Below, in pieces: positions 1 to 8,975 of a DNA stretch of 64,000 nt (positions are counted from its first letter, which is position 1; every line of letters starts with the position of its first letter). The position numbers were made by a program, and so were the translations under genes. The notes beneath the pieces are model-generated. The model was not told the origin of the DNA. It did not search any database and saw only the letters and a list, made by a program, of their open reading frames with translations. The DNA is from Patescibacteria group bacterium. GTDB taxonomy: Bacteria > Patescibacteriota > Minisyncoccia > 2-02-FULL-40-12 > IGHO2-01-FULL-4-A. The stretch is from contig JBBTSB010000003.1 of NCBI GenBank assembly GCA_038064915.1, positions 13,395-77,394 on the forward strand. The letters run 5' to 3'.

Positions 1-2
1 AG

Positions 3-80
3 CCTTTGTTCGTAGAAGTGGTATGTACCGATACTCAGAAGATCATTGCTCCCATAGGAGCGCCAATGTTTTATGAATAA
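3..80 (+). CDS. 3' end of a gene entering the window, possibly a ThDP-binding (acetolactate synthase-like) protein
   Basis: Frame 3 reads PLFVEVVCTDTQKIIAPIGAPMFYE*, resembling the C-terminal P-x-x-x-E-V..Q..I.P end of ALS-like proteins; stop overlaps the next start. Only 25 codons visible. Confidence 0.35.
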   Translation, partial: PLFVEVVCTDTQKIIAPIGAPMFYE

Positions 81-861
81 CCTGCAGCTTCAAAAAAAGG
101 CTCGCTGGGTGCGGCTCGAGGTGCTCGAGGCGATCGTGAAAAGCGGTAAGAGCCATATTGGGGGGACGTACTCGGCAACAGACCTTTTAGTGGCGTTGTA
201 CTACGGAAAACTCCTGCGCCCCGGTGATCGTTTTATTTTGAGTAAGGGCCATGCGTGCACGGCTTTGTATGCTATTTTTTTGGATTTGGGTAAGATGTCT
301 CGGAAGGTGTATGATTCCTATGGAATAAACGGTGGACTGGGCGGACAGCTGGAAACATATATTCCCGGTGTCGATTTTAACACCGGTTCCATGGGGCACG
401 CGATCGGGGTAGCCTCGGGTATGGCTCTCGCATCCCGCATGGATCGAAAAAAAAGTAGAGCGATCACGATGATCGGCGATGCGGAGCTCTTTGAGGGATC
501 GTGCTGGGAAGCGATCATTTTTGCCGGCCAACTTGAGCTTGCCAACCTGGTGGTTATCGTAGACCGTAACCGATTGAGTGTTACGGAAGCGATTGAGGAC
601 GATAGTATCTACCGGAATTTTAAGAAAAAAATCGAGTCGTTTGGATGGAGCTACGTCAATATCAACGGCCATGATTTTCGCGATATTCAAAAGGCGTTTC
701 AAACAGTGAAGCATACAAAACAGCCGACTATGATTATCGCCGATACCGTCAAGGGCAAGGGCGTTTCGTTTATGGAAAATAATGTTCAGTGGCACAATGC
801 GCTTCCTTCTCCCGAGCAAATTGCCATTGCGCGCAAGGAACTTTCTTATGGACATACGTGA
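73..861 (+). CDS. Transketolase N-terminal (ThDP-binding) subunit
   Basis: HIGG, DRFILSKGHA, TGSMGHA, GDAELFEG..WEA, TVKGKGV.FME..WH motifs. Confidence 0.93.
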   Translation: MNNLQLQKKARWVRLEVLEAIVKSGKSHIGGTYSATDLLVALYYGKLLRPGDRFILSKGHACTALYAIFLDLGKMSRKVYDSYGINGGLGGQLETYIPGVDFNTGSMGHAIGVASGMALASRMDRKKSRAITMIGDAELFEGSCWEAIIFAGQLELANLVVIVDRNRLSVTEAIEDDSIYRNFKKKIESFGWSYVNINGHDFRDIQKAFQTVKHTKQPTMIIADTVKGKGVSFMENNVQWHNALPSPEQIAIARKELSYGHT

Positions 862-1741
862 TGCACTCTTTGACGAAATATATCGCCTGGGGGAAAAGGA
901 TAAAGACCTGATTTTTATCAGTGATGACTTGGATGCCTGGGGACTGCGCAAGTTCAAGCGCGACTTTCCGCGTCAGTTCATCAACATCGGTGTCGCCGAG
1001 CAGAACTTGATTGATGTGGCCGCAGGGCTTGCGGCGAGCGGAAAGAAAGTTTTCGTGTACGGGATTTGTTCCTACGTGACGGCGCGCTGTCTTGAGCAGA
1101 TCCGATTCAGCGTTTGTAGTATGAATTTGCCGGTGGTGATCATCGGTGTGGGGGCGGGATTTTCTTTTTCGTTTGACGGTCCTTCGCACCATGGCATCCA
1201 CGATATCGGCCTCATGCGCATGCTTCCCGAAGTGACGATTTTTAATCCTATTGATGCTCGGAGCGCTCAGATGAGTGCTCGGTTGGCGCACGCCCGCAAG
1301 CAACCTGCCTATATTCGCCTTGATAAGGGGGAGTTTCCTGATCTTCGGTATACAGACAGCGAACTTCGAGAAGGTTTCAAAAAGATGGGACCGCTGGGGG
1401 ATACCACAGTGATCAGCACCGGCATTATGTCCCAGCAGATCATGAAATTTCGTACCAAAGGAGTGGTGGACCTATTCCGCCTGCAACCGATCTCACCTCA
1501 ATTTATTTCCCAGGTACTGAAAAAATCCAAACGCATCATTACCGTTGAAGAAAACATGTTCACCGGTGGAATCGGAAGTATCGTGAGTGAGCTCCTTACC
1601 GATCATGGATTGAAGATCCCCCTCAAACGCCTTGCCGTAAAGAATCGTCAGTTTGATCGGTTTGGCACCCGTGAATGGCTATGGTCGCTTAGCGGACTGG
1701 ATATGCCTACATTGCAGAAAAAAATCTCACGGCATGCTTGA
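848..1741 (+). CDS. Transketolase C-terminal (pyrimidine-binding) subunit
   Basis: FINIGVAEQN, EQIR, DGPSHH, YIRL, EEN..GG.GS; ATG at 848 overlaps the upstream gene end. Confidence 0.92.
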   Translation: MDIRDALFDEIYRLGEKDKDLIFISDDLDAWGLRKFKRDFPRQFINIGVAEQNLIDVAAGLAASGKKVFVYGICSYVTARCLEQIRFSVCSMNLPVVIIGVGAGFSFSFDGPSHHGIHDIGLMRMLPEVTIFNPIDARSAQMSARLAHARKQPAYIRLDKGEFPDLRYTDSELREGFKKMGPLGDTTVISTGIMSQQIMKFRTKGVVDLFRLQPISPQFISQVLKKSKRIITVEENMFTGGIGSIVSELLTDHGLKIPLKRLAVKNRQFDRFGTREWLWSLSGLDMPTLQKKISRHA

Positions 1742-2747
1742 TATACCTCCAATTGGAATGGGGACTGGGTTCAGTGAGGATGAGCTCAAAGATCCGGACA
1801 GGATTGTCGAGGCAATTCAAGTCGGGATTGACGCGGGGATGCGGTTTATCGATACCGCGGAGAACTACGGCGGGGGCGTGTGCGAAGAACTCGTGGGACG
1901 GGCGATTGCTGGCAAACGGAGAAATGTGGTGCTTGCAAGTAAATTTTCTCCCGAGCATAGCAAGTACGATCAAGTCATTGCCGCCTGCGAGAGAAGCTTG
2001 CGTCGACTCAAGACCGATTACTTGGACCTGTACCAGACGCACTGGCCCAACCCCGGTGTGCCGTTTGAAGAAACCCTGCGCGCCCTGCACTATCTCAAAG
2101 AGCAGGGAAAAATCCGAGCGATTGGCATGAGCAATGTCGGCATCAAAGAACTGCCACGCGACGTCGTCTCGCTTCAGCAAGAATTCAATCTCTTTGAGCG
2201 CACCGTGGAGTACGACGGTACCCTTGACTATGGTCAAAAAAACAACGTTTCTATTATTGCGTACAGCCCGCTGGACCAGGGACGGACTGACAGAACATTA
2301 CCGTCTCAGCTTCAGCTTGCCTGGCTTGTGTCGCATGACGGCGTTATTGCCATACCGAAATCAGCAAACCCCAAGCACGTCAAGGAAAACGCCGAAGCAA
2401 TGCGGATTGTTTTGAAAGCCGAAGACAAGGCCCGCATTGACCGAGAATTTTTTCAAGAGATAGTCTATATTTCCACCGGTGATATTTCCGTTTCACCAGC
2501 GGGTGAGCGGAATCGAGCAGTATACCGAACATTGAAAGAGGCAACGGAAAATCGGTTCGGCTATGTTCCCAGCCCGATAGAACTTGCACAAACATTGAAA
2601 GCTGGAGGCTTTGTAAAACCCGTACGTTTGATTCCTTCGGGAAAAAACTATCAGCTCATCAACGGCCGTATCCGTTATTGGGCGTGGGTGATCGCGTTTG
2701 GTACGACAAAGCCCATTCCTGCGTACATTCGGAGCGATTTGAATTAA
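1734..2747 (+). CDS. Aldo/keto reductase with a C-terminal ParB/Srx-like extension
   Basis: IDTAENYG, SL.RL.TDY.DLYQ.HWP, GKIRAIGMSN, IAYSPL, AIPKS; tail KPVRL...YQLINGRIRYWA. Confidence 0.85.
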   Translation: MLDIPPIGMGTGFSEDELKDPDRIVEAIQVGIDAGMRFIDTAENYGGGVCEELVGRAIAGKRRNVVLASKFSPEHSKYDQVIAACERSLRRLKTDYLDLYQTHWPNPGVPFEETLRALHYLKEQGKIRAIGMSNVGIKELPRDVVSLQQEFNLFERTVEYDGTLDYGQKNNVSIIAYSPLDQGRTDRTLPSQLQLAWLVSHDGVIAIPKSANPKHVKENAEAMRIVLKAEDKARIDREFFQEIVYISTGDISVSPAGERNRAVYRTLKEATENRFGYVPSPIELAQTLKAGGFVKPVRLIPSGKNYQLINGRIRYWAWVIAFGTTKPIPAYIRSDLN

Positions 2748-2776
2748 TTCACTTTTCGTGATAGCTTTGTAGGGCA

Positions 2777-3544
2777 ATGAAAAACCCTGTCGGCATCAAG
2801 ACCTTTTTTAGTAGCGACGAAGAGCGTCATCGTGCCCGCTTGCTTGAACTGTTTAGGTCCTGTCCTATTCCCGAGGAACAGTTGTTTAATAACCTCGGCC
2901 TTTTCTTAAATTCAAAAGACCTTGCCCGTATCCTGTTTATGGATTTTTTGTATCGTCAGATCGTTTCCGTGCATGGTGTGGTGATGGATTTAGGGACCCG
3001 CTGGGGGCAGAACATGGCGCTTTTTACTGCACTCCGCGGGATGTATGAGCCATTCAATCGTCATAAAAAAATCATCGGATTTGATACGTTTCGAGGATTT
3101 CCCAGTGTTTCCAAAAAAGACGGCGCTTCTGACTTGATGAAGAAAGGGAACACGGCGACCGTCAAGAACTATGAAGTATATCTGGATGATATTCTCAAAA
3201 GCTTTGAAGGTTGCAACCCACTTTCCCATATAAAAAAATATGATATCCGTATGGGGGATGCAAGTAAGGAGGTACCTGAATACTTACGAGAAAATCCCGA
3301 GACGATCGTTGCCCTCGCCTATTTTGATTTTGATATCTACGCACCGACCAAAGAATGCCTCAAGGCGATCAAGCCACATCTGGTGAAGGGTAGTATCCTT
3401 GCGTTTGACGAGCTCAATGATCATGACTCGCCCGGTGAGACAGTTGCATTGAAGGAAGTATTCGGATTGAATACAATCCGATTGCAACGCTTTCCCATCA
3501 CATCCCGGGTCTCGTATTTTGTGTATGAACATGAAGACCGTTAA
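2777..3544 (+). CDS. TylF/MycF/NovP-like sugar O-methyltransferase family protein
   Basis: HGVVMDLGTRWG, IIGFDTFRGFP, YFDFDIY.PTK, FDELN...PGET. Confidence 0.75.
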   Translation: MKNPVGIKTFFSSDEERHRARLLELFRSCPIPEEQLFNNLGLFLNSKDLARILFMDFLYRQIVSVHGVVMDLGTRWGQNMALFTALRGMYEPFNRHKKIIGFDTFRGFPSVSKKDGASDLMKKGNTATVKNYEVYLDDILKSFEGCNPLSHIKKYDIRMGDASKEVPEYLRENPETIVALAYFDFDIYAPTKECLKAIKPHLVKGSILAFDELNDHDSPGETVALKEVFGLNTIRLQRFPITSRVSYFVYEHEDR

Positions 3545-4400
3545 GGTTGGCATTATCGGTACCGGCAATATTGGAACTGACCTTTTAATGAAAATCTTGC
3601 GGTCGGATGTTTTAACGTGTGGTATGTTTTCCGGACAGAATCCCGAATCTGTCGGTATCCGAAAGGCACAAAGCTTGGGAGTTCCCACTTCGTTTGAATC
3701 CATACATGCCTTTGAGGCTGATCCCGATTGCGCTGAAATTGTTTTTGATGCAACGTCAGCAGAAGTGCACCGTCGGCATGCCCCCATATTGGAAAAGATG
3801 GGAAAATTTGTCATTGATATGACGCCTTCACGTATTGGCAAAATGTGCGTTCCTTCTCTGAATCTGGACGAGTGTTTGCGGGAACCCAATATTAGTATGA
3901 TTACGTGCGGAGGACAGGCAATGACGCCTTTGGCATATGCAATCATGAAAGTTCATCCCGATACCCCGTACATTGAAATTGTTGGGAGTATTGCATCGCG
4001 CTCCGCAGGAGTTGGTACGCGTAACAATATTGACGAGTATACCCAGGCAACCCGAGACGCGATTGTGCACTTTTCGGGCGTTCCACGGGCTAAAGCAATC
4101 ATTGTTCTCAATCCTGCCGAACCGCCCATTTTGATGCATAATACGATGTATGCGGAAATACCACATCCCGACATGCAAGCTATAACCCGCGAAGTTGCAA
4201 GTGTCGTGGAACGTATGCGGACCTATGCCCCGGGATACAATCTCCAACTCGAGCCAACCTATGAAAATGGTCGTGTTATGATTATGAACACGGTGGTGGG
4301 CCGTGGAGATTTTTTGCCTCCCTACGCGGGCAACCTCGATATTATTAATTGCGCGGCAATTGCAGCCGCCGAAGCCTACGCACGGAAAAAAGTTCTATGA
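3531..4400 (+). CDS. mhpF: Acetaldehyde dehydrogenase (acylating), DmpF/MhpF family
   Basis: GTGNIGTDL, FDATSA, MITCGGQA (catalytic Cys), SAG.GTR.NIDE, YAGNLDII. Confidence 0.93.
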   Translation: MKTVKVGIIGTGNIGTDLLMKILRSDVLTCGMFSGQNPESVGIRKAQSLGVPTSFESIHAFEADPDCAEIVFDATSAEVHRRHAPILEKMGKFVIDMTPSRIGKMCVPSLNLDECLREPNISMITCGGQAMTPLAYAIMKVHPDTPYIEIVGSIASRSAGVGTRNNIDEYTQATRDAIVHFSGVPRAKAIIVLNPAEPPILMHNTMYAEIPHPDMQAITREVASVVERMRTYAPGYNLQLEPTYENGRVMIMNTVVGRGDFLPPYAGNLDIINCAAIAAAEAYARKKVL

Positions 4401-5407
4401 AACCCACCATCTCTATCATCGATTCCACGCTTCGTGACGGATCACATGCTCTCCGTCATCAGTTAAGCGCTGATGCGATTACTGCATACTGCAAGCGTGC
4501 GGAAACTGCCCGTGTACCAATTCTCATGGTCGGGCATGGTAATGGCTTGGGTGCTTCATCGCTCCAGCTTGGCAAAGCTCTGTTGTCGGATCGGGAGATG
4601 ATGATTGCTGCCCGTGCCGGTTTGCGATCAACAAAACTGGGTGCTTTTCTCCTGCCGGGGTATGGCACCATACAGGACGATGTTGAGCCGGTACTTGATC
4701 TCGGCGTACAGGTGCTGATGGTTGCATCCCATTGCACCGAGGCAAATATTACGCGACAGCACATTGAATATGCGGTAGGAAAAGGGGTTGTTACCTATGG
4801 GGTGCTCATGATGATTCATCGAGTTAGTTCGGAAGAGCTTCTTGTTCAGGCTCGTATGATGCAATCCTATGGAGCTTCAGCAATTATTTTGATGGATTCC
4901 GCAGGAGCGCTCCTTCCCCATGAGGTGGCAGTGCGGGTACGGGCGCTCACACAGGGACTTACCATCGACGTCGGATTTCACGCACATAACAATTTGGGAA
5001 TGGCCATTGCCAATTCCGTCGCGGCGGTTGAGGCGGGTGCAAAAATCATTGACGGCACGACCCGAGGTCTGGGCGCCGGTGCCGGCAATTGCCAACTTGA
5101 GGTCATCGTTGCAGTGCTTCAAAAAATGGGTTACCGTACGGATCTTGATTTCTATCCACTCATGGATGCCGGAGATTTTGTGACCGCCAACATCATGACA
5201 AAGCCCCAAGAAATCGGCTCCATTGAACTCATGAGTGGTTTGGCGGGCGTTTTTTCAGGATTTGCTCCACATGTCCGTAAAGCCGCCGCGCAATTCAATG
5301 TAGACCCCCGAGATATCTTTATGGAATTGGGCAAGCGAAATGTGGTAGCGGGCCAGGAGGACATGATCATTGATGTGGCGGCTGAATTGGCGAAACGATC
5401 AGCATGA
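4397..5407 (+). CDS. mhpE: 4-hydroxy-2-oxovalerate aldolase, DmpG/MhpE family
   Basis: DSTLRDGSH, HGNGLGASS, HCTEA, GFHAHNNLG, GAGAGN, GQEDMI.DVA. Confidence 0.93.
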   Translation: MKPTISIIDSTLRDGSHALRHQLSADAITAYCKRAETARVPILMVGHGNGLGASSLQLGKALLSDREMMIAARAGLRSTKLGAFLLPGYGTIQDDVEPVLDLGVQVLMVASHCTEANITRQHIEYAVGKGVVTYGVLMMIHRVSSEELLVQARMMQSYGASAIILMDSAGALLPHEVAVRVRALTQGLTIDVGFHAHNNLGMAIANSVAAVEAGAKIIDGTTRGLGAGAGNCQLEVIVAVLQKMGYRTDLDFYPLMDAGDFVTANIMTKPQEIGSIELMSGLAGVFSGFAPHVRKAAAQFNVDPRDIFMELGKRNVVAGQEDMIIDVAAELAKRSA

Positions 5408-5970
5408 TTCATTATTTTTTTGATTCTTTGACGCTTCATTTACAGCTCGTTAAGGACCGACATTTTCAAGAACAACTTGGATTGGTTGTAGAGCAGGTAT
5501 TTCAGTGTTTGGCGCGAGGTAATAAACTTCTCATAGCGGGCAATGGTGGCAGTGCGGCGGATGCGCAACATTTTGCGGCCGAATTGATGGGGCGCTATAT
5601 GAAAGAACGACAGGCTTTGCCGGCAATCTCCCTGACCACTGATACCTCTGCATTGACAGCGATAGGCAATGATTACTCATTCGATCAAATTTTTGCACGA
5701 CAGGTAAGTGGATTGGGTGTTGCCGGGGATATGCTGATGGTTTTTTCAACAAGCGGCAATTCCAAAAATCTTTTGGAAGCGGTTTCGGTGGCACGACGGA
5801 AGCAACTCAGCACGGTTGGTTTACTCGGAAACCAAGGTGGTTTACTGAAAGATGCAGTAGCATTGCCTCTGGTTGTACACTCCCCTAGTACGCCACGTAT
5901 TCAGGAGGTTCATCAACTTCTCCTCCATATTATAGCGGAGGAAGTGGAGCGCCGACTCATTTCTTCATAA
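5404..5970 (+). CDS. gmhA: Phosphoheptose isomerase (SIS domain)
   Basis: GNGGSAADAQH, TAIGNDY, STSGNS.N, RIQE.H. Confidence 0.93.
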   Translation: MIHYFFDSLTLHLQLVKDRHFQEQLGLVVEQVFQCLARGNKLLIAGNGGSAADAQHFAAELMGRYMKERQALPAISLTTDTSALTAIGNDYSFDQIFARQVSGLGVAGDMLMVFSTSGNSKNLLEAVSVARRKQLSTVGLLGNQGGLLKDAVALPLVVHSPSTPRIQEVHQLLLHIIAEEVERRLISS

Positions 5971-7018
5971 AATTTTCTAGACGGTCCATGCCTTCGCGGA
6001 TGCGAGAGAGGGGAATGGTAAAGCTCATGCGGATACAGGCATTGTTCCCGAATGCCGCTCCCGGAACTACCGCAACATGTGCTTTTTCGAGTAGCGCCTT
6101 TGCAAAAGTTTCCGAATCTTTTCCTACGTTTGCAAAAATATAAAACGCGCCATCCGGTATGGGAGCGGAGATTCCCATATTTTGGAGTCTTTCTAGCATG
6201 TAATCCCGGCGTTTTTTGTATTCTTTTAGCACCGAAACCAAAGCGGGTGGTTTTTTCAATGCCGCCAGAGCCGCGTACTGCGCTATGCTATTTGGATTTG
6301 AGGTGGTGTGATCTTGGAATGCCGTGGCCGAAGCTATGACGCCGGCATTTCCCGCGCAATAGCCGAGTCGCCATCCCGGGATTGCGTATGTTTTTGAAAA
6401 GCTTCGTACCACAAATGTTCGATCCGGTATGAGAGACGCGATGCTGATATGTTTTTTTTCGTAGACGAGTTTGTCGTAGGTTTCGTCGCTTATGACGGTT
6501 GCGCCATGCCGGGCGATCGCCTTGAGTTCATCAAGGCTCATGACATGCCCAGTGGGATTGTTGGGTGAATTGATGATGATCAATTTCGTTTTTCCAGAGA
6601 TATTCTTTGCAATCCTGCCACCCGCCAATTTGACCATTTCTGCAAAACTCACCCAATAGGGTACGGGCACGAGCACCTCATCGCCCGGATTGACCAGTGT
6701 CTGAAGTAAATTGTACAAGCATTGCTTGGCCCCGGCAGAAACAAGGATATTATGTGGCTGGTAAAATAGTTTTTCTTTTGCGAGCGATTTGCAGATCGCT
6801 TCTTTGAGTTCCGGGATGCCCCCCGTTGGCGTATAGATCGTGTGGTTTTTTTGAATAGCGCGAATCGCGGCTTGCTTCACATGCGCCGGCGCGGGAAAAT
6901 CCGGCTCTCCGCCGGCAAATGAAACCACATCAATTCCATTCTGTGCCATCTCACGGGCCAACCTGTTCATGGTCAGCGTGATGGAGGGCTCAATAGCCTG
7001 GGCTCGTTTTGAAATCAT
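5957..7018 (-). CDS. PLP-dependent class I/II aminotransferase (aspartate aminotransferase-like)
   Basis: GEPDF, GAKQ, NSPNNPTG, SDE.Y, SFSKTYAIPGWRLGY, GAFY. Confidence 0.92.
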   Translation of the reverse strand: MISKRAQAIEPSITLTMNRLAREMAQNGIDVVSFAGGEPDFPAPAHVKQAAIRAIQKNHTIYTPTGGIPELKEAICKSLAKEKLFYQPHNILVSAGAKQCLYNLLQTLVNPGDEVLVPVPYWVSFAEMVKLAGGRIAKNISGKTKLIIINSPNNPTGHVMSLDELKAIARHGATVISDETYDKLVYEKKHISIASLIPDRTFVVRSFSKTYAIPGWRLGYCAGNAGVIASATAFQDHTTSNPNSIAQYAALAALKKPPALVSVLKEYKKRRDYMLERLQNMGISAPIPDGAFYIFANVGKDSETFAKALLEKAHVAVVPGAAFGNNACIRMSFTIPLSRIREGMDRLENFMKK

Positions 7019-7092
7019 GGTATTCCTATGCTATCGCACCTTTCTGATAATGACAATCATCTCCCAAGCTCCATATTTTGCTATTGACAAAC

Positions 7093-7121
7093 TTGATAAG
7101 AACAGCCTTCCGTGGTACAGT
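7093..7121 (+). promoter_or_regulatory. Sigma70-type promoter for the high-GC cupin/kinase pair
   Basis: TTGATA-17 nt-TACAGT with extended TGG; AGGAGGAG Shine-Dalgarno upstream of ATG 7157. Confidence 0.55.
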
Positions 7122-7156
7122 GAAATGCCGAAATTGCATTGAAAGAAGGAGGAGAG

Positions 7157-7525
7157 ATGAGGCGAGTCTTTGTTAGAGGAAGTGACCTCGAGGAAGTGCC
7201 GACCTCGCACGGCGAGGATCTTCCGGTCCGTAAGCGGGTGTACTGCAATCGGAGGGAGAACTCCATTCCTCACGTCATGCAGATCGCCCGCTCGACCAGC
7301 ATCGGTCCCGTGGATACCGCCGACGGCCACGTCCACAGGACGATGGTCGAGTGGTATTACGTTGTCAGCGGAAGGGCAACCTTCCGCGTCGGCGGATGGT
7401 CCATGAACGCGGGGCCCGATGACTTCATCGCGGTTCCGCCCAACACCACACACTCCTACGTCGTCGCCGAAGGCGACGTGCTGGAGCTTTTCTACGGTGG
7501 CATCGCCACCAAGGAGGAAGCATGA
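7157..7525 (+). CDS. Cupin domain protein (high GC)
   Basis: H.H...EWYYV.SG and GPDD...VPPN..H cupin motifs. Confidence 0.8.
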   Translation: MRRVFVRGSDLEEVPTSHGEDLPVRKRVYCNRRENSIPHVMQIARSTSIGPVDTADGHVHRTMVEWYYVVSGRATFRVGGWSMNAGPDDFIAVPPNTTHSYVVAEGDVLELFYGGIATKEEA

Positions 7526-8091
7526 AGCCTACGTGCATCGCCATCGCGGGAATTCCCACCAGCGGAAAGACGACGCTGGGGTGCGCGCTGTCCGCGGCCA
7601 CGGGAATTCGCTTCATCGACAGCAACGAGTTCGCGAGGTTCGCCCCGATGGCGGATCCCGCGACGTTCCAGACGGACGAGGGTCGCGAGCGCGAGCGAGC
7701 GCGGATGAGGATCATCTACGCTCTCACCCACGCTGTCGCCGGGGCGTACCTCGAAGGAGGCGAGTCCATCATCATCGCCGCGACCTACTCCAAGGAGGCC
7801 AGTCAGCTACGCATGTCGGACACCGTCTTGCGCACCGACGCGCGCCTCAGGATCCTGTGGTGTCAGTACGACACCTGGAACGAGGCGGAGGTCGAGCGGC
7901 GCCTCGCGGACCGAGCGACGAGGAACGATCTGGCCGCCGGCGAGATCGCGATCACGCCCGAGTACCTCCGTGAGCAGATCGGTCGCACCGCCGACATCAA
8001 GCTCGCGCACCTCGTCGTCCGCATGGAGGGCGGGGACGAGGGGACCAGGGCTGCCGTCGAGGCGGCCCTTCAGTACATCAACGCGGAGTAG
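7522..8091 (+). CDS. P-loop kinase-like protein (AAA_33 type, high GC)
   Basis: IAGIPTSGKTT Walker A; ATGA-coupled to the cupin gene; SD AAGGAGG. Confidence 0.75.
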   Translation: MKPTCIAIAGIPTSGKTTLGCALSAATGIRFIDSNEFARFAPMADPATFQTDEGRERERARMRIIYALTHAVAGAYLEGGESIIIAATYSKEASQLRMSDTVLRTDARLRILWCQYDTWNEAEVERRLADRATRNDLAAGEIAITPEYLREQIGRTADIKLAHLVVRMEGGDEGTRAAVEAALQYINAE

Positions 8092-8118
8092 CCCGCCATC
8101 GGCGAGCCACTCCCTTTT

Positions 8119-8160
8119 CCGCCCGCTGGGTCGCAGGACCTGGCGGGCGCGTTTGTTTTT
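8119..8160 (+). terminator. Intrinsic terminator hairpin, copy 1
   Basis: CGCCCGCTGGGTC-GCAG-GACCTGGCGGGCG followed by TTTGTTTTT. Confidence 0.75.
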
Positions 8161-8183
8161 ATGCTAGAATTTTAATATAAACC

Positions 8184-8450
8184 ATGACTGACCGCACTCG
8201 AGAAATCATCGGAACCGGAGCTGGTATCCTGACGACCTCGGCGTTTATCCCGCAGGTCTATCACATTTGGAGTCGTCTGCCAGAACCGGCGGAAGATGTT
8301 TCAGCCCTGACTTTTTTCATAGTTGCCGTCGGTGTTACCGGATGGCTGACATTTGCCGTGGGCGTGAAGTCAAAATCCATGATGATTTCGAACGGCATCA
8401 CGCTCGTGCTCTACCTTTCAATCTTGCTTTATAAACTGATCTATGGTTAA
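8184..8450 (+). CDS. SemiSWEET / PQ-loop sugar transporter-like protein
   Basis: 87-88 aa, three hydrophobic helices, LTTSAFIPQV, DVS, and N.ITL motifs. Confidence 0.8.
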   Translation: MTDRTREIIGTGAGILTTSAFIPQVYHIWSRLPEPAEDVSALTFFIVAVGVTGWLTFAVGVKSKSMMISNGITLVLYLSILLYKLIYG

Positions 8451-8496
8451 ATTTTGTTAGCGAGTTTTTGGTATCTAATTGAGAGAGGTGAAGAAG

Positions 8497-8904
8497 ATGG
8501 ATTCAATGGCTCAGGTTCTGATGCGGGACACGGGCGTCTACCTGTATCACCATTCAGGTGCCGAAGGCGGAACCATCAAGGCGCTCAAGGAGGTTTTCTG
8601 TCGGTCCCGCAGCCTGTGGAACCAGGACCGACGCTGGGATGACCCCGAATACTTGACCGCCATCATCTTTCGCGAGATGGTCGAGCAGGAGCGGGTGCGA
8701 CAGGTGGCCACGAGAGAGCAGTTTCCGTCGCTCGGGCCCCTCGACCTCAATACCTTCGGCATCGGCACCAAACGTTACAAAGACGTGGCACTTCTTGTCA
8801 CGCTCTACTGCGCTTCCCAGACCATCCAGATCCAAGGGAAGTCCGAGGGGCAAGAGGTGTCTCGGTCGTGTTCCTTTAGGGAGTTTTCTTCCCAGACCAT
8901 CTAG
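8497..8904 (+). CDS. Hypothetical protein (high GC, possibly phage-like)
   Basis: GAGGTG SD; VYLYHH..G and RWDDPEYL..IIF motifs. Confidence 0.6.
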   Translation: MDSMAQVLMRDTGVYLYHHSGAEGGTIKALKEVFCRSRSLWNQDRRWDDPEYLTAIIFREMVEQERVRQVATREQFPSLGPLDLNTFGIGTKRYKDVALLVTLYCASQTIQIQGKSEGQEVSRSCSFREFSSQTI

Positions 8905-8917
8905 TCCGGGAACTCCA

Positions 8918-8958
8918 CCGCCCGCTGGGTCGCAAGATCTGGCGGGCGCGAGTTTTTT
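8918..8958 (+). terminator. Intrinsic terminator hairpin, copy 2 (31/33 identical to copy 1)
   Basis: CGCCCGCTGGGTC-GCAA-GATCTGGCGGGCG followed by TTTTTT. Confidence 0.75.
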
Positions 8959-8975
8959 GTGGTAGCTTTGAAAAC

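Noticed and set aside
8119-8950. Repeated hairpins as integron attC sites
   Set aside because: No RYYYAAC/GTTRRRY ends and no integrase; G.U pairs and T-tails fit RNA terminators.
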